Counted from the stretch's first letter, positions 26,469-40,838 are shown. The stretch: DNA of 64,000 bases from Ramazzottius varieornatus (GCA_001949185.1 BDGG01000011.1:517552-581551), one strand, 5' to 3'. Numbers and translations are program-made. Notes: generated by a model not told the origin, from the sequence alone.

Positions 26469-29400
26469 TCATTCTTGACTTCCTTCGTCCTCTTCTTGAC
26501 CATAGTCCAACTGGATGCCCTGCATCTCGGTTTTCTGCGGTAGCGAAGGTATGTTGCTGTGATCCATTTCCACTTCTATAAAGACAGAATCAATAAGAAA
26601 TAGATAACCGAAATTCAAACAAACTCGACAGAATAGCTGTTCCAAGTGGCGCAGACTTTCAGCCAATTACACCACCAACGTGCGCCACCCGAAGAAACTT
26701 GATAGCATCGTAATTCCAAATGGCTTTCACACAATAATACTGCCAGCGCTACTTAAACTTTGGGAAACAATCTTGTCGCTCCTGTTTGTCGAGCTGGTGT
26801 TTTTGTATTATAAGCTTTGATAGATACCTGTATGTGTTTCTTCCTGGGCAGGAGTAGTCTGGTTCTCCGTGTGAGCTTGCCCTAGCATTTCCGCCACAGT
26901 ACTATCACTGACCGGAGGAGCTTCTTGCTGCACTTCCCGTACTGGTTCTGATTCTGTTGGTGCGCCAGACGCGGTGGCGTTGATCGACTCCGTGGCCAGA
27001 CTGAGGTCTTGGGCCTTCTCGGCTTCCCTCTTGGCCTTTTCCGCCTTGGCCTTGTCCTGGTACATCTTCTTCTCGTTCTCGTCCAGCTGTTTCCACTGGA
27101 CTGATAGCTGAAGGAGGAAGTCTTTAGCGTGCATTTGGTGCTCGGAAGGAGGTCGCTGGCCAAAGTGTTCACGGATAAAGAGCTGATAGGCCGTCATGGG
27201 ACGCTTCTGAGCATTCTTCTGCTTCTTGTGCGACGTCTTGGCATGAAGCAACTGATGAGCCGCACCTGGAAAAAAAACACCGATATAACTAAGCTCAACT
27301 AATTGGAAACCATTCTACTCAAATCATATTTCGGAGCTCGATAAGCAAATTCGACACGATCGTCTTTCTCAAGTGACGCGTACCTCCGGCCAGTACCAGT
27401 GATGACGTGCGCCACTTGAAAACGGAATTTTTTCGAGTGTTCAAAGTGGCGCGCGCTTTCAGCCTGCGACACTGTAATGTGCGCCACTTAGAAAATCAGT
27501 CTTGTCGAGCTTTTTTGCCAAGCTCTCATTTATTACTACAGTATAGTTGGTTCCCGGATGCTATTTTCAAACACGCACGATATATCGTTACGAGGTCAAC
27601 GACACAATTCGGGCATAGTGGTTTTTCACTCGTAATTTGGGCATATTTTTTCTCAGCTCTTGCTGCGCGTAATGAACTGCTTCCTGTTTCTTGAGGTAGA
27701 CCGGTCCCTCTCCTGGAGGTTTCAATAGGTTTGAGAACGACAAAGCGTTGTGGAGCACGGGAATTTGGCCTGGGAGAGGGATGGGTCTGTCCAATGTCAA
27801 AAAGCCTAATGTTGTATCAACAGGCGTACGATGAGAGATAAATCAAGCGTTGACGATAATGATCAAACGTTTCGCGTTGCCCGAATTATGGTGCGAAAAT
27901 CGGTATGCCAGAGTTATGTCGTTTACCTCGTACAGTATCTCGCCGTATCATTTTCTCAGTTCTACCTAGAGATTCGGCTTCTGCCCGATAACGTTGTTGT
28001 AAGGCGCCATTCATTTCCTTCCAGATCCTCCCGGCTTCCGCCATGATCTGCGACGCCTTCCAGTCGGGGTTCTCGCTCCGTAGTTTCCCATATGTCTCTT
28101 TGTAGAAGAGGGCATAGGCATTGGGAGTACCTTTGGGTCTGACGGGCTTGGCTTTCTCGGGAGCGACGACAGGTAGAGCTGGCTTGCTTTGCGACGGCAG
28201 AGGAACCGGAGCGGAGCTGGCCGGGACGCCGTTCTTCTTCTTCCTTCCTTTGTTTTTCGGCTGAGCTTCGCTGGAGGTCACGTGCTGGTGGTGCTGCTGC
28301 TGCTGCTGTTGTTGTTGGGGTTGTTGCTGATGCTGATAAACGCTGTTCGAATGCGCCTGAAAATAATCACAAGAAATTCGAAGTCTATAAAATAGTTATA
28401 CCAAGAAGAGTATTCGGCCTATCATTTCACTCGTTGACTCTATATGCAGGTTATTTATTAACTATGAGCTTTGAGAGCTTTGAGAGCGTTGAGCGAGATA
28501 AACGGGAAAAAGTACGCTGTTTGGTTCAAGTGGCACGATATCTGTTGATAACACCCGGTAATCTGCGTTAGTTGACAAGAGAGAATATCAGTTTACCAAA
28601 CTGACGCAACTGCTCTGCATTACACTGTACAAAGTGCGCCGCTCTGACCAGTCACTGCTCGCCCTGAAAGAGCGGCGCAATCAGAAGCTTGACTGCGTTC
28701 GACGATGCGCCGCTCTAACCAGAAATTCCAACCCACGTCAAGAGGCGCACCTCGCCCGTTAAACACAGTTCAACAGCGCGTCCCCCGCATTCTCCCCACA
28801 ACTGAAGAACAAGGTACCGACCAGTTCGAGTTAAAGCGTGGGGGCGCATGAACGGGTAAATATAAACAAGGCACAGTACAGGACCCAGATTCCCAGGCAA
28901 ACAAATTCGACCAGATCGTTTCTCCCAAGTGGCGCACACTTTCAGTAAACTACACTCAAAACACGCGCCATTTGGGAAAACGCCCTCCGAGTTTGTTTGC
29001 CGAGCTCTCAATTATGAGGAACCAGATAGTATATTTGTAGAAAAAACAAGGCAAAACTTCTGGAGGTGGAAACGTGACAGAATAGTTATGCTTTCTATTA
29101 CTTGTACCTGCTGAGGATGATTGATGTGATGGAGATGCTGTTGGTTGAGGGAAGGAGCTGCGTTCGTCGTAACATATGGTCCAGTTGGGATGATCGTCAC
29201 CTAAAGTAATGACTCCACTATTCCTCTATTTTCAAGAATTCATTTCTTCCGAAAGGGAAAAACAGCATTGACCTACCTGGCCAGGGTTGTTGGCTCCTGC
29301 AGGGGCGGTCTGGATCATGAAGGTCTGCCCGGAGCCGACATGTTGCTGCAGCTGGCTGGCAAAGCTTTGTAGTGAGGCCAAATTAAGGCTGACTCCCCCT

Positions 29401-29981
29401 GTGTCATTATGATGGAAGGCATCTTGTCCCACTCCGCTGGTGTCCAGGTAAGCGCTGAGGCCGCCATCGCCGTAATGCAGTTGATTGGCGTCGTGTTGTT
29501 GTTGCTGGGCCTGCTGTTGCTGCTGCACTTGGAGCCCGAACCAATTCTGGTAGGCCAGAGCCGGTGAGAGCCCTGAAAGAAACTGCGTCTGTACACCAGC
29601 GGCGGTGTTGGAGGAGGCATTAGCGCTGCCGCCTTGGTTGTTGCTTCCTCCTCCTCCGCTGCTGCTGCTTTGGTTGTTGTCGATGGGCGATTGCGCCTGA
29701 TTAAGAGACGACGCATAGAACTGCATTTCTATGCCTGCACCACTGTGATGAACAAACTGGGTAGGTAGACAGGCTACGTTGAGAGAATTGAGGAGACCAG
29801 CGGCGGAGGCTGAAGCCGAGGCTGATAATCGTGAAAGGGTAGACGCGGACGACGATGAAGGAGACACAACAGCAGAAGAACCAGTTAAGCTCTTACTGCT
29901 CTTGCTGCTCGCCGTTGTGGAGGCCGATTCAGCCGGAGCAGCTGCAGTTGAAGAGGACACGGAGCTCTTGCCTCCTTCCAT
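26469..29981 (-). CDS. Double HMG-box protein with long Ser/Gln-rich N-terminus and acidic C-terminus
   Basis: Box 1 PKGTPNAYALFYKE...AGRIWKEM (about 28140-27980); box 2 KRPMTAYQLFIREH...QWKQLDENEKKMY (about 27205-27040). Joinable by GT-AG introns to exons 29981-29278, 29200-29109 and a last exon ending QEEDEGSQE*. The start and middle exon are less certain. Confidence 0.75.
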
Positions 29982-31823
29982 CAAACGCTCTCTACATAAT
30001 AAACACGCATCCCTTGTTCGTAGCCATATAGGACAGCAGGGAAATTACTCACTCACCGTGACCGAGCTCAGAGCTGAGCCAGCTTTTCTTTCTTCCTGGC
30101 TCAGGATCGACTGCATACACAGTCGATCCTTTCGATTTTTCCTTCCCTTCACTTTCCGTTGCCTCCTCTCTCTCTCTCTTTCTCTCTTCGTGCTCAGTAA
30201 GCGTGATGTTGGTTTACACAGCGGGATTCGCTGAAACTTGAAAGACGATCGATGAAGGAGATGAGAGGAGTGCGCAGACGAGAAAATCTGCAACAACTAC
30301 GGAATTATCTGATTGGTTGGAGTGTTCATGTGATGCACAACGCGCACTACTGAAAAATACCAGAAGCGGAATGCACAGCTGCAGGCGCCGATAACACCAC
30401 GCCTACAATGCCGTGCGGGACTGTTCCAATCGTTAAATCGTCATTGCGCCGGAGGACAAAGAAGGATGGCTGTCGAGGGAAGAGGCTGGGCATTGGCGCG
30501 GTTATAAATAGTCCCGATCACGACGAGATACTACGTACGCTGAACGAACACAGAGTCTTCTCTGATTGATGGCAATTATCGATCATCCGCATCCCACACA
30601 AATAAATTCTCAGAGTCAAGGAAAACGAACAGGAATAAAAATCTCTGAATTTTCTCATCGAATAAAACGTAAGGATTTGGCCGTTGCATTGATCGTCAAC
30701 GACTGCCATTGATTGACTTGGCTGGACTGCGGAAGGCGGCTCCGAAGTTTTGCGGAATTCCGGGTGGCGGAGCCGCTCTTTTTATTCGGCTAACTACTAT
30801 ATTACATATTATCCTCAGTTCTGCTTTTCCTCACCACGAACATAACGGAGGCTTCAGAATTCAAGACCCCGCCTATACTCTTGGTGTTTAAGTTAAAGAT
30901 AGTTGGCTATTTTGGACTAAGCAAGAAGGGTTAATGTGGCCGAATCCTCGGGCCAAATCTTAGAACCAAGCTCAAGCACTGGAAAAAGTCGAAATGCATG
31001 TCTGGATCGTTCTTTTCTGAGTTATGATAGGAAGTCCTCTTTACCTCTCCCAGACTCTGTAGTTGAAGGTAACAAAGGCGTATAAACAAGCAGTCAGAAG
31101 CCAACCACGCATGCATCCAGGAGGTGGGGGAGTATTTTTCTTTTCCGTCCGCGCACGCGTAAAAGAGACCACGTGCGGTCTCTTTTCGAAGGAGTTTCGA
31201 ACTGATCTTCGATGTTGGAAGGTTCTGCTACTAATTGTTTCTGTCGGCTCGTGCCTTTCGGCCGCTCTTTCCACGTCCTCCGATTACGCCATAATCGGTC
31301 CCTTCTCGTTCCCATCTCCAAGAAGTTTTCTGGGGTGACTACCGCTCGTTCTTACGTCCACCACGTCTGCTGCGTTCACCTCCATCGCACGGGCCGGTGA
31401 GATAGCTACCGTCACGTCCGTTTCGGCCATTTTCACCACTGCTCTTCCGCCATAGCCGCCTTCACCCACTTTGAATTCACCAACTCCAAGCCAAGTTCGA
31501 TCTTGCTGCTTCTTGTTCTCTGCAGGGTGACGGTAGCGCGCACATTTTTCTGCGCAAGAAGCTCGGTCTACGAGTACGAGTTAACGAGTAAAATATCGCT
31601 CATGAGCAACCGTGGTCATCTATCCAGAACGGAGCTCTTCATCATCAGCGGTCCGATTTTTTGCGATGCTAACTCAGTCTGTTCTGTATTTATGCGCGGG
31701 AACGGACGCACGTAATGAAACAAAAAAGGAACCAAATCACTGGATTCGCCTGAACTGCAAAGATGGTTGAAATCGAATTCGGCAGTCATCAGGTCTCCGC
31801 GACCCCAAATAAAGCTGCGCAAG

Positions 31824-32133
31824 ATGCCTTATAACCGGTCATACCGAACGCTGTCTTCCAGGACGCCTTCGCTTCCACAATGCGCCAAACTTATCCAGTG
31901 TGACGATTTACTTATCGCTGTTTCTGGTGGTTACGAGTGCCGTATTTATACTTCGTGTAGAAGCAGTACCGATTCCTTTGTCACTTCCAAGCACGTCTCA
32001 AGAAAACATGTTGCTTTCATCTGTTCGCCACCACCACCCAGCCATCGCTCAACCAAACGTTGCCGTTCAGAGCCCACGGGGCCATCGGTCACCTTACTCG
32101 CCCACTCCGGATCACTCCGGAGTGGGCGAGTAA
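31824..32133 (+). CDS. Possible small secreted orphan peptide (exons 31824-31837, 31899-32133)
   Basis: Splicing CG|GTCATA...CCAG|T gives MPYNRVTIYLSLFLVVTSAVFILRVEA-VPIPL..., a clear signal peptide. The donor site is weak. Confidence 0.4.
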
Positions 32134-33176
32134 GGTGACAGCCCACTCCGGATTGAACCTAGCTGATCTACATAATACACTGTAACTTGAGTTTCACATC
32201 GAAATATTTGACGTGCTGTAGTGAGGCTCAAGTACCTCGTACTGTGAATAAAATTCAATAGAAATGTACAGTAGCCGAATATTACCAAGACTGTATATCG
32301 GGAAGTTTCCGGGATTGATCCTACGGAATTCGACGGTGTTTATGTTGGGCATGAATCCAGCAAGATTCTTCGCCTGATTTTTATCGATAAAAATCGAGGT
32401 AGAAAGCGAAATAATTTTCGCCAGATATTTTCTCGCCGCAATGGAACTCACATTTCTACAGACTCAGTTACTGGGGAAGTTAGTTGCGGGAATCTGACGC
32501 ACTCCGGCACCGGTATATTTTAGGTTTCTCCACCACTGCATTATTCCGCAGCCGGTCGGATCAACGTCAAAAGTACACGAAGCAATCAAGGCTGGCATCA
32601 GCAGCATCATGGTCATCGTGACATCTGTAGCGGTCCTACTAAAGTCCACTTGGTGCAGAGGGCGAAAGAACGCACCACTGTCATACCGAGCTACTTACCG
32701 CCCGTAGGAAAGTCTATTACATGCTGGTCGCTGGTAGAAGAATGGTCAGTCAGTACCAGCGTGTTCGCAAGGCAAAGATCATCGTGATCGGTGAAAAGTC
32801 GGGTCTTGGATCAGACACTGGGTGCAAAGAGTGGTTTGAAAAAAACTGGTCCTTGTTCCCGGCTACAAATATACGTGGCCATTTTGATCTAGAAGTCCTG
32901 CAGATCGAGTTTGGTTTGTCTTTCAGCACGGTCCTTCCTCGTCTTACGCGCGACGGTTCAAGACTGACGTTGGACGGACGCCATTGTGTCACTTCCTGCC
33001 TACTTCTGTACAACTCCGTGACCGGTGTTAGCTGTACCTGGTTGTATCTGACGGGGTTTCGCCTTCCAGTCACAGTCACACAGTTTCGTGGTTATTCTCC
33101 ATCTTCGCGATAAGGCTTGTTCTCCCATCCGCCTTCCACCTGTCTTCCATTTGAGCTCACCGGACAAGAAGTTTCC

Positions 33177-36100
33177 ATGTTACAAACAGCCAAAATGACT
33201 ATCGTCGCGTTCCCCGACTCGGGCAACGCCCAGGATACTTCATCGGAATACGCCCTCAGATCGTAAGTAAACAGCGCTACACTTCAATCTTGAAGTCGAT
33301 CCGGTAAACAGAAGCTAAAAAGCGAACAAACTTCGACAGCTTTTCCTGGCGAAAAGCTGTTACTGTAATTATGCATATCCTCTGATGGATCTCACAATGG
33401 GGTGTTGGGTGGATTAGCATTATCATGAGCTATGCTTAGGCTGTGGACACATCCCCAGGGCTCCTCAAAGTCACATCAATGTGGTATACCTATCTCGACC
33501 TCCATCAAGCGCAACAGGTTATCGTGATGGAACCTTGCATTTTGACAAAACTCTGTCATTTCTGACAACGGTCTGGGCCAACTCTCTCCTTTTTCCAGCT
33601 AGGACTGCCCAAAGTCCAGAGCGTTTTTCAAACAGCCAGTCAAAGTTCATTTTCCCGAACTTTGGTGCATTATTTTCGAAACAAGCTGCAGACTAGCTTT
33701 GCCTTTTCCAACTCCGTTTTCAAACCGCATTTTAGACTTTAGAGCCGAGTAAAGTTTTTTTTCATGTCTGACAGAAGAATACCCGGAAATGCCTCACCAA
33801 AGATGGTGCTGTACCCCGATCAGATAAGCCTGGACAGCGGCAAGGGCGACTCACCAAGCAGCAGCAGCACCGACGCCCTGCCCTCCTTCGGGTACGACTA
33901 CGTCTCGGAGACCTCATCAACAAGTACCACGTCATCCACCAGCTTCACCAGTAGTGGTACCGCCACACCGACACCATCTTCTCCGCGAGACAGCTTGACG
34001 TACGCCAATGGACCGCTCATCAGCATGAGGTTGAAGAAATCCCTGTCGCTCGTCTCCACGACATCCGATGAGTTCGCTGGTCCAGATTACTGCCCACCGG
34101 CTGAACATGTGTACTCCACCGACCCATCGATCCCAGTCAGAATTCGTCTTGGAAGGTAAGGCCACCAAATTTAACAATTGAAAAATCAAAAATAACGCCG
34201 GAAAAAAATCTTTTTCTGAAACGACACGGATATAAATCGTGCGCCAGTTCACCTGTTCTTTTTCTCAGAGATCCCGCCCATGATGGCATGGTACCCGAGT
34301 CCTTGCCAACCTGGTTCGCTCGTACAGTGGCCAACCACGCGAAGCAGCCCGCACTGCGCGTCAAACGCAACAACGTCTGGAAGACGTGGACGTACCAACA
34401 GTACTTCGATGATGTTCGGGCCGCAGCCAAGGCCTTCATCTACCTGGGCTTGGAACCTTACCATGCCGTCGGCATCATTGGTTTCAACTCACCCGAATGG
34501 TTCATTTCCGACATTGCTGCCATCTACGCCGGGTGACTGTCAAATCTCTCTGCTGATTCTGCGTGCTGTGCTCGGCAAAAAAATTCGGCACAAGTGTTTC
34601 CCCAAGTGGCGGACGCCTCCGTTGGGGTTGACTAAAAGCATGCGCCACTTATGAATCACGATCTTATGCTGTATGTGCAAGTGGCGCACATTGTTAGTGT
34701 TATGATTGGATACGTGCGCCACTTGGAGGAAAGATACGTTCAGATTGTTTGCTGAGCCTCCATTCATGTGAAATTACTTCTGGGACCTTGTGTTGAAATA
34801 ACTTTTGGGTATTTTACAGAGGTTTAGCCGTGGGCATTTACACGACTAACTCAGCGGAAGCCACCCAGTACAATGCCTACGATTCCCGAGCCAACATCCT
34901 GGTCGTCGAGAACGACGCCACCTTGCAGAAAATCCTGAAGGTTCGTGATCAGTTACCACATCTTCGAGCTATCGTTCAGTACAGCGGCACGCCCACTCGC
35001 GGACCGGAAGACGGCGTCTACAGCTGGAAGCAACTGATGGCTTTGGCCGAGTTGGTTCCCGACAGTGCCTTGGATGCCCGGCACTTGCAGATGGCGCCCA
35101 ACAAGTGCTGCACGATCATCTACACCTCAGGAACCACGGGGAACCCCAAGGGAGCCATGCTCAGTCACGATAACCTCATCTGGACATCACGCACGGCTCT
35201 GAAGTGCTTTCTGGAACGGCTGGATATACCACCCAAGGAACAACTATGCTTCATCAGCTACCTTCCGCTGAGCCATGTTGCCGCCCAAATGACCGACCTG
35301 TGAGTATTTCGAAGCTTGGCCAACCAACTCGACAAGATCGTTTTTCCAAGTCGCACACGTTCTCAGTGTTGTCCGCCGTTAGCCTGCGCCGCTCGGTAGA
35401 CGATCTGGTTGAGTTTTCCTAATTGGTGCACGTTTCCTGTGATATTGGCCAGGAGTGCGCGCCACTTGGAAAACGCCCAATTTCCATTTCTGTTTCGCAA
35501 AGATTCAGTTGTGTAGCGTTTTTCCTTGGTAGGTTTTTGCCGATTAGCATTGGTGGGACGGTTTACTTTGCGCAGCCGGACGCTTTGAAAGGCTCACTGG
35601 TGAGTACGCTATGTGAGGTACGGCCACATATCTTCGTTGGGGTTCCTCGTGTATGGGAAAAGATTGCCGAGAAGATGCAAGGCTTGACAAAGCGACAAGG
35701 ACCTATCAAGAACTGGATCGCCAACAAGGCTCAGGAGGTGGGCAAATGTGGTGTCACCAGCCATACTACCCAGAAGAACGGCGAGCGACCATTTGGATGG
35801 TCTCTGTTCAACGCTATCGTTTACAAGAAAGGTAACAAACACGACAATTTTGAGTTAGCCTCAGAAATAGAGTGATCTAACAAGGCCTCTTTGAATAGTC
35901 CGCCAGTCTCTGGGGCTTGATCGATGCCAAATCACTTGTTCCGGAGCTGCGCCAATGATGAGAGAAACGCAAGAGTTCTTCCTGTCTTTCGACATTCCAG
36001 TGTACGATATTTACGGCATGAGCGAAAGCAGCGGTAAGCGCACAGATGCAAACTAACGCTGAGTACTGGTTTGCTCAACCAGGTGGTCGCACTTTTAGGA

Positions 36101-37307
36101 CCGCATATTTTAAACTTACCTGGAGAGTTCCGCATTGGGTCGGCTGGAAAAGAACTGCCGGGAGTACAGACTAAAATTGACAAGCCGGATGCCGATGGAA
36201 ATGGCGAGGTATAAAATACCCGTTTTGACGAGTATCCTATGTCGACTTGTTAATTTCATTCTCCTGTTTCGTAGATATGCATGTACGGTCGTCATGTTTT
36301 TATGGGCTACCTCAACAACCAAGAGAAGACTCTAGAAGCCTTGGACGATACCGGATACCTGCACACCGGAGACATTGGCCGGAAGGATCGAGATGGCTTC
36401 CTCTTCATTACCGGACGTCTGAAGGAATTGCTCATTACCGCCGGCGGCGAGAATGTTCCCCCCGTCCCCATTGAGGTAAGTTGTTTGAAAGATTCCATCA
36501 AACCCAAGCCGACAACCCTCAATAAGATTGTTTCTCAACTGGCGCACGCTAGCACCCAACATAATCAAATACGTGCGCTACTCGGGCAAATAATCTTGTC
36601 GAGTTGATTTTCTCATTCCAAGTGGCGCACTGTTTCAGTGTTATTAACTGGAAACATGCGCCACTTGGAACAGCGATCTCGTCGAGTTTGTCTCGCCGGA
36701 CTGTCCCATAAAGAATTCCCTACAGAATTCTAGCTTATCCGAACGATTACTATTCCAGGATAACATCAAGGAAGAAATGCCTTTTGTCAGCTACGCCATG
36801 GTCTTGGGGGACAAGCGGAAATTCCTGGCGGTTCTACTGACGCTCAAGACAGAAATCAACCTGGATAGCGGCCTACCTTTGGACAAACTAACTCGATTCT
36901 GCAGCGACTGGTAAGCTGAAGGCGCGCGCCACAAAAAGACCATCAATAATTAAGTCTGTCAGTGAATTTTCAGGATTGAGGAGAAGTGCGGTGTGAGAGT
37001 TTGGACAGTTCAGGAAGCCATGAAGGTGCCCAGTCTCCTCAAGTCTATCGAGAGCAGCATAGCCAGCGTCAACAAGCGAGCCACTAGCCGAGCACAGTGC
37101 ATCCAAAAGTTCAAAATTATCCCTGAAGACTTCACCATCCCAGGCGGAGAACTTGGTAAGGGTCTTTAGTCCCCCCTCGATCCCCCAGCAGACAACACTT
37201 CACTCTTTCTGTTTTCAGGTCCGACGTTGAAATTAAGGAGAGGGTTCGTCACGACGAAGTACGCCAGCCTGATAGAGGAAATCTACAGCGACTCTGGCGA
37301 ATCTTAA
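33177..37307 (+). CDS. ACSBG2: Long-chain fatty acid-CoA ligase, bubblegum (ACSBG) family, multi-exon
   Basis: IIGFNSPEWFI, GIYTTNS, AMP-binding IIYTSGTTGNPKGAMLSHDN, SYLPLSHVAAQ, GVPRVWEK, YLHTGDIG, ITGRLKELLITAGGENVPP, GGELGPTLKLRR. First exon 33177-33262 is phase-matched to 33775. The symbol denotes the family, not strict orthology. Confidence 0.93.
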
Positions 37308-37580
37308 ACGCTCCCACCTCTCCACATCTTATATTTTCCTACTATTTTTCTCTACCTTGTCCTTCGTTGTATACAATCTTTTCTACATTTCGAGGCCTAT
37401 TATCCGCCGTTACGCATCATAACTACCCAGTTGCGCAGTCCCATATGATATACGCTAATTTAAACACAAACGTTTTCGTATTTTATTTATTAATTCTCAG
37501 CGTATTCCAGAGTACAGATCCCAGTTAAAACAGTCAATATATTTTCCCATATCAAAGTTAACTTTCTCCCGTACAGTTAG

Positions 37581-38659
37581 TTAGATAGATACCCTAGGTG
37601 TCACAACTGCCTGCTGATCGTTCTTATGCCCGATATTAGCAATGGCTGCTTGGAGATCAGCCGGGGAATTTCCGGGTTCGTTAGTGGGTGGGGGAGCAGT
37701 GGTGGCCTCCTGCGAAGTAGCTCTGGTAGTTGCCTGCTCAGCAGTCGGGGAAGTCTTAATTGCCGGTGAGTCTTGATGGCTGACCGCTGCTGGAGCGGCG
37801 CTAGTATGTACGTGCGTCGAGCCTTGCGCCGTTGTTGGTGCCGATGACGACTCGGCCGTATGGTTGTTGGCACCAGCGTTGAGGATGACCTTTTGGAGGC
37901 CGTCAACGTGGTCGAACATGGCTTTGAATCCAGACTTGAAATCTAGAGGTAATATTCGTCGATCAGACCAGATACTCGAACATTTCCAAATTTTCATGTT
38001 GAAAGATTTAGCCTTACTCTCTGGAATTTTGAGAGAATCGATGTTCTTGAAGATTTCCTCCTTGTTTGCAATACGATCGTCCTTTCCGAATTTGGTCCAC
38101 ATGCGCAGAAGAACCTTGTAGTAATCCCCGATTTTCGAGGCCTGAAAATTCCTTATGGCTGTCATGACGTTGAGGCCTACAGCAAAGGGGGGTTATTTGC
38201 AGTGCGCTGTCGAATGGCTTTTTCGGAGCGTACTACGGCTACAAACTTTACTTGGTATTTTCTGCTCGATGGCCATGACGTTGGAGTTCTGGATGAAGGA
38301 AGCCGCGTGGATGAAACTACGCACTTCATCGGTGCTCATTTTGGATCCGAGGTTACTGAAAGAAAGATCAGAATTTTCTTGTGGGCAACTTCTGTGTACT
38401 GCGTAACTGATGCACCAACTTGGCCATAAAACTCACTTACCTGAGTTCGCTGGGAAAGTACGAGGTGGGAGAGTTGCACTCTGTTAAAACAAATCACCAT
38501 AAACTCAGGCACAGAGCAATTCACGACATGATAGTCTCAGCAACAAAGGTCGCCAGCGGGGCCCGAAAGAGCAGAGATTGGGGAAAGAGCGGACAGACCT
38601 GAATAAGCCACCAACACACCAAGCACGATCGCGACAGTCTGAAAAATCTCCACAGCCAT
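37581..38659 (-). CDS. Orphan secreted protein with helical core and Thr/Ala/Pro-rich tail
   Basis: Signal-like MAVEIFQTVAIVLGVLVAYS. Exons at about 38481-38441, 38398-38252 and 38177-37581 join in frame. The phase link from exon 1 to exon 2 is unresolved. Confidence 0.55.
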
Positions 38660-39344
38660 GATTTGTCGGATGCTTCCGTGAAGGACGGTTCAGTTGATGA
38701 TCCGGTGTAAGCTGGGTGGAAGGCTTACTACTGAAACAGGGAAAGTCGATTTGGCCTTTTGACTAACTAAAATCCCCAAGTGCAACCTCCACATATTAGC
38801 TCAAACTTGAGACGGCAAAGTAGCTCCCCTAGCTGGAAAACGGGATAAAAGGCGAGTGGTAAGCACGAATCTGCCTTGCTGTGACCAGCAGTACGTGCTT
38901 CACTTCACCCATGCCAGCACTTTTTCGCCGACTCTTTACTGGATGAGTTTCAAGTTTTGTTAACCGACGTACGCGGACCAAACCCTTTAAATCACGAAGA
39001 CAAATTTTACTGACGGGGCTGAATCGGCTCTGGGTGTTTGATAGAAGGATGTTTCTCGCGATTAGAAAATTAACAACAGAAGCAAATAGTTTATAGGCGA
39101 AAGATGTGAGAAGTGGATGGATAGGAAACAGGACAATTTTGAGATCTTGTTGACAGGACGTCATTCTTTCTCGTCGGGAGGACGGTGCCATGCAGAATTG
39201 CTGAGGGGAAACCAACCGGGAACACCGGGATAGGTGAACTTGCATAATATTATGCGTGTATGCAAAGCGTGAGGAACAAGTGTTTTAGTCAGCTTTGGGC
39301 AAAAGCAGTTTAAAAAAAACGAAGCGAACTTTCGGCCAGAACTA

Positions 39345-40208
39345 TTAGACGGCTTTGGGTCCATCCAGCTCCTTTTTCGACAGGACGAAACTGATGATGA
39401 ACAGTATACCGTTTATCAAGGCAATCACCTGAAAAGCAAAAACATCTTTATGATCAGAGTTTGCTCCCAGTTCGGATCAATTTGCAGGCAGGAATTATAC
39501 CCCGGCTGCGATGCGAACGCCGTATTCATTACTGGTCATCAGGTCGCGATTAGCGTCGTCTCGTTTGAAGTTTTCCGTTTGTACAATCTCGACAATGCCA
39601 GCGATCAGCAACAATATGGCCAAAACCTGCAACGACGTCACTTTATGGCGGCAAAGGCTGTGAGCATGAGATCAAGACAGCACGTATGCAAGGCAGAACA
39701 ATGAGGGCGTACGTACCATATTCATGATGTTTTCGACCTGGGTCCCTTTCGGCGTCAGCATGCTAGAGACGGTGTGAAAGGCATAGGCCATCAGGATGAC
39801 CAGCAACATGGCCAAGGCGATGGAATGGACACACAGGTAGTACACTTCGCCGCTCATGAACATTTCCCGTCGGTACGAGTAGTAGCTGCCTGCAGCTGGC
39901 GCCCCAGCTGGGCTAGTTACAACTTGCAACTGTCTTTCATCCCTGCAGCGAAAATGGGATGTACATTTCTTGGTGGGCAAAGAGTTTCCGTGAAGAAAGC
40001 TTTACAAGACCTCGATTTGCAGTTTGGCAAACAAACTCGACAAGATTGCTTTCTCAAGTGGCGCACGTTTCCACGGTAATCGGATGAAAGGCGCGCCACT
40101 TGGACAAAGGATCTCATGTGATTTGTTTACCAGGGTCTCAGATCAAACAAGGCTGCTAGTATCGTACCTCATGGATCCAACCAGGCCGATTCCTATCACC
40201 GTTAGAAT
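39345..40208 (-). CDS. MARVEL/Snakeskin-like 4-TM protein, 3' cassette C (4 exons)
   Basis: ILTVIGIGLVGSMR...GEVYYLC...ENIMNMVLAILLLIAGIVE...RIAAGVIALINGILFIISFVLSKKELDGPKAV*. Starts at a phase-0 acceptor, TTTTGCAG|ATT. Confidence 0.8.
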
Positions 40209-40838
40209 CTGCAAAAGCCCCACCATACACAAATATTCATAGTTATATATTGTAAGTGCCCTGAGCTTCTGGTGACCCAGTAAATTCAATGGGATAGCTA
40301 GCCTGCCGCTAGCTTTTCCGAGACCTTCCATATCAGATTCATGCAAAAATAGGAGACACAGCAGCGCGTCATGGACCGAATCTCTTGAGTTTTTCCTAGG
40401 GATATTGCCTTTTTCCTAGTTTTTCCTGTGGTTGTTCGCCAGTCATGTACCATGTTAATTTTCTTCTTTGTCTTGATTTTCTGTTCTTCTATAACGTTGT
40501 TACCCTGTATTGCTTTTGACTTCAATGTGTTATAGGCTAAACGGAAGTTCGGAAAAAAATATAATGCAAAGCTAAGTACACCTTTTCAGCACCGGAAGCA
40601 GCAGTTCCGTGACCGAAAATTTCACTATAGACATCGTAAATTAACTGCAGGAGCTGAAGATGTATATAGTTATACGGTTTAGCGTGGAATATAAAGCTTA
40701 AAATTGTATCAGGATATTGATCTAGCATTTGCTACAGAGCTGAAAAATTTATTCGGGTGAGCTGTCAAGCAGTCGAGTGATTCCAGTTGGTGTCTTTTTC
40801 GCCCATACGGCCGCGCGCTTCGAAGACAAACCGAGTAT

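Noticed and set aside
31063-31453. Signal-peptide-like ORF with TGA-CTA readthrough context at 31336
   Set aside because: No phase-consistent start exon, no homology and no SECIS seen. It cannot be distinguished from chance.
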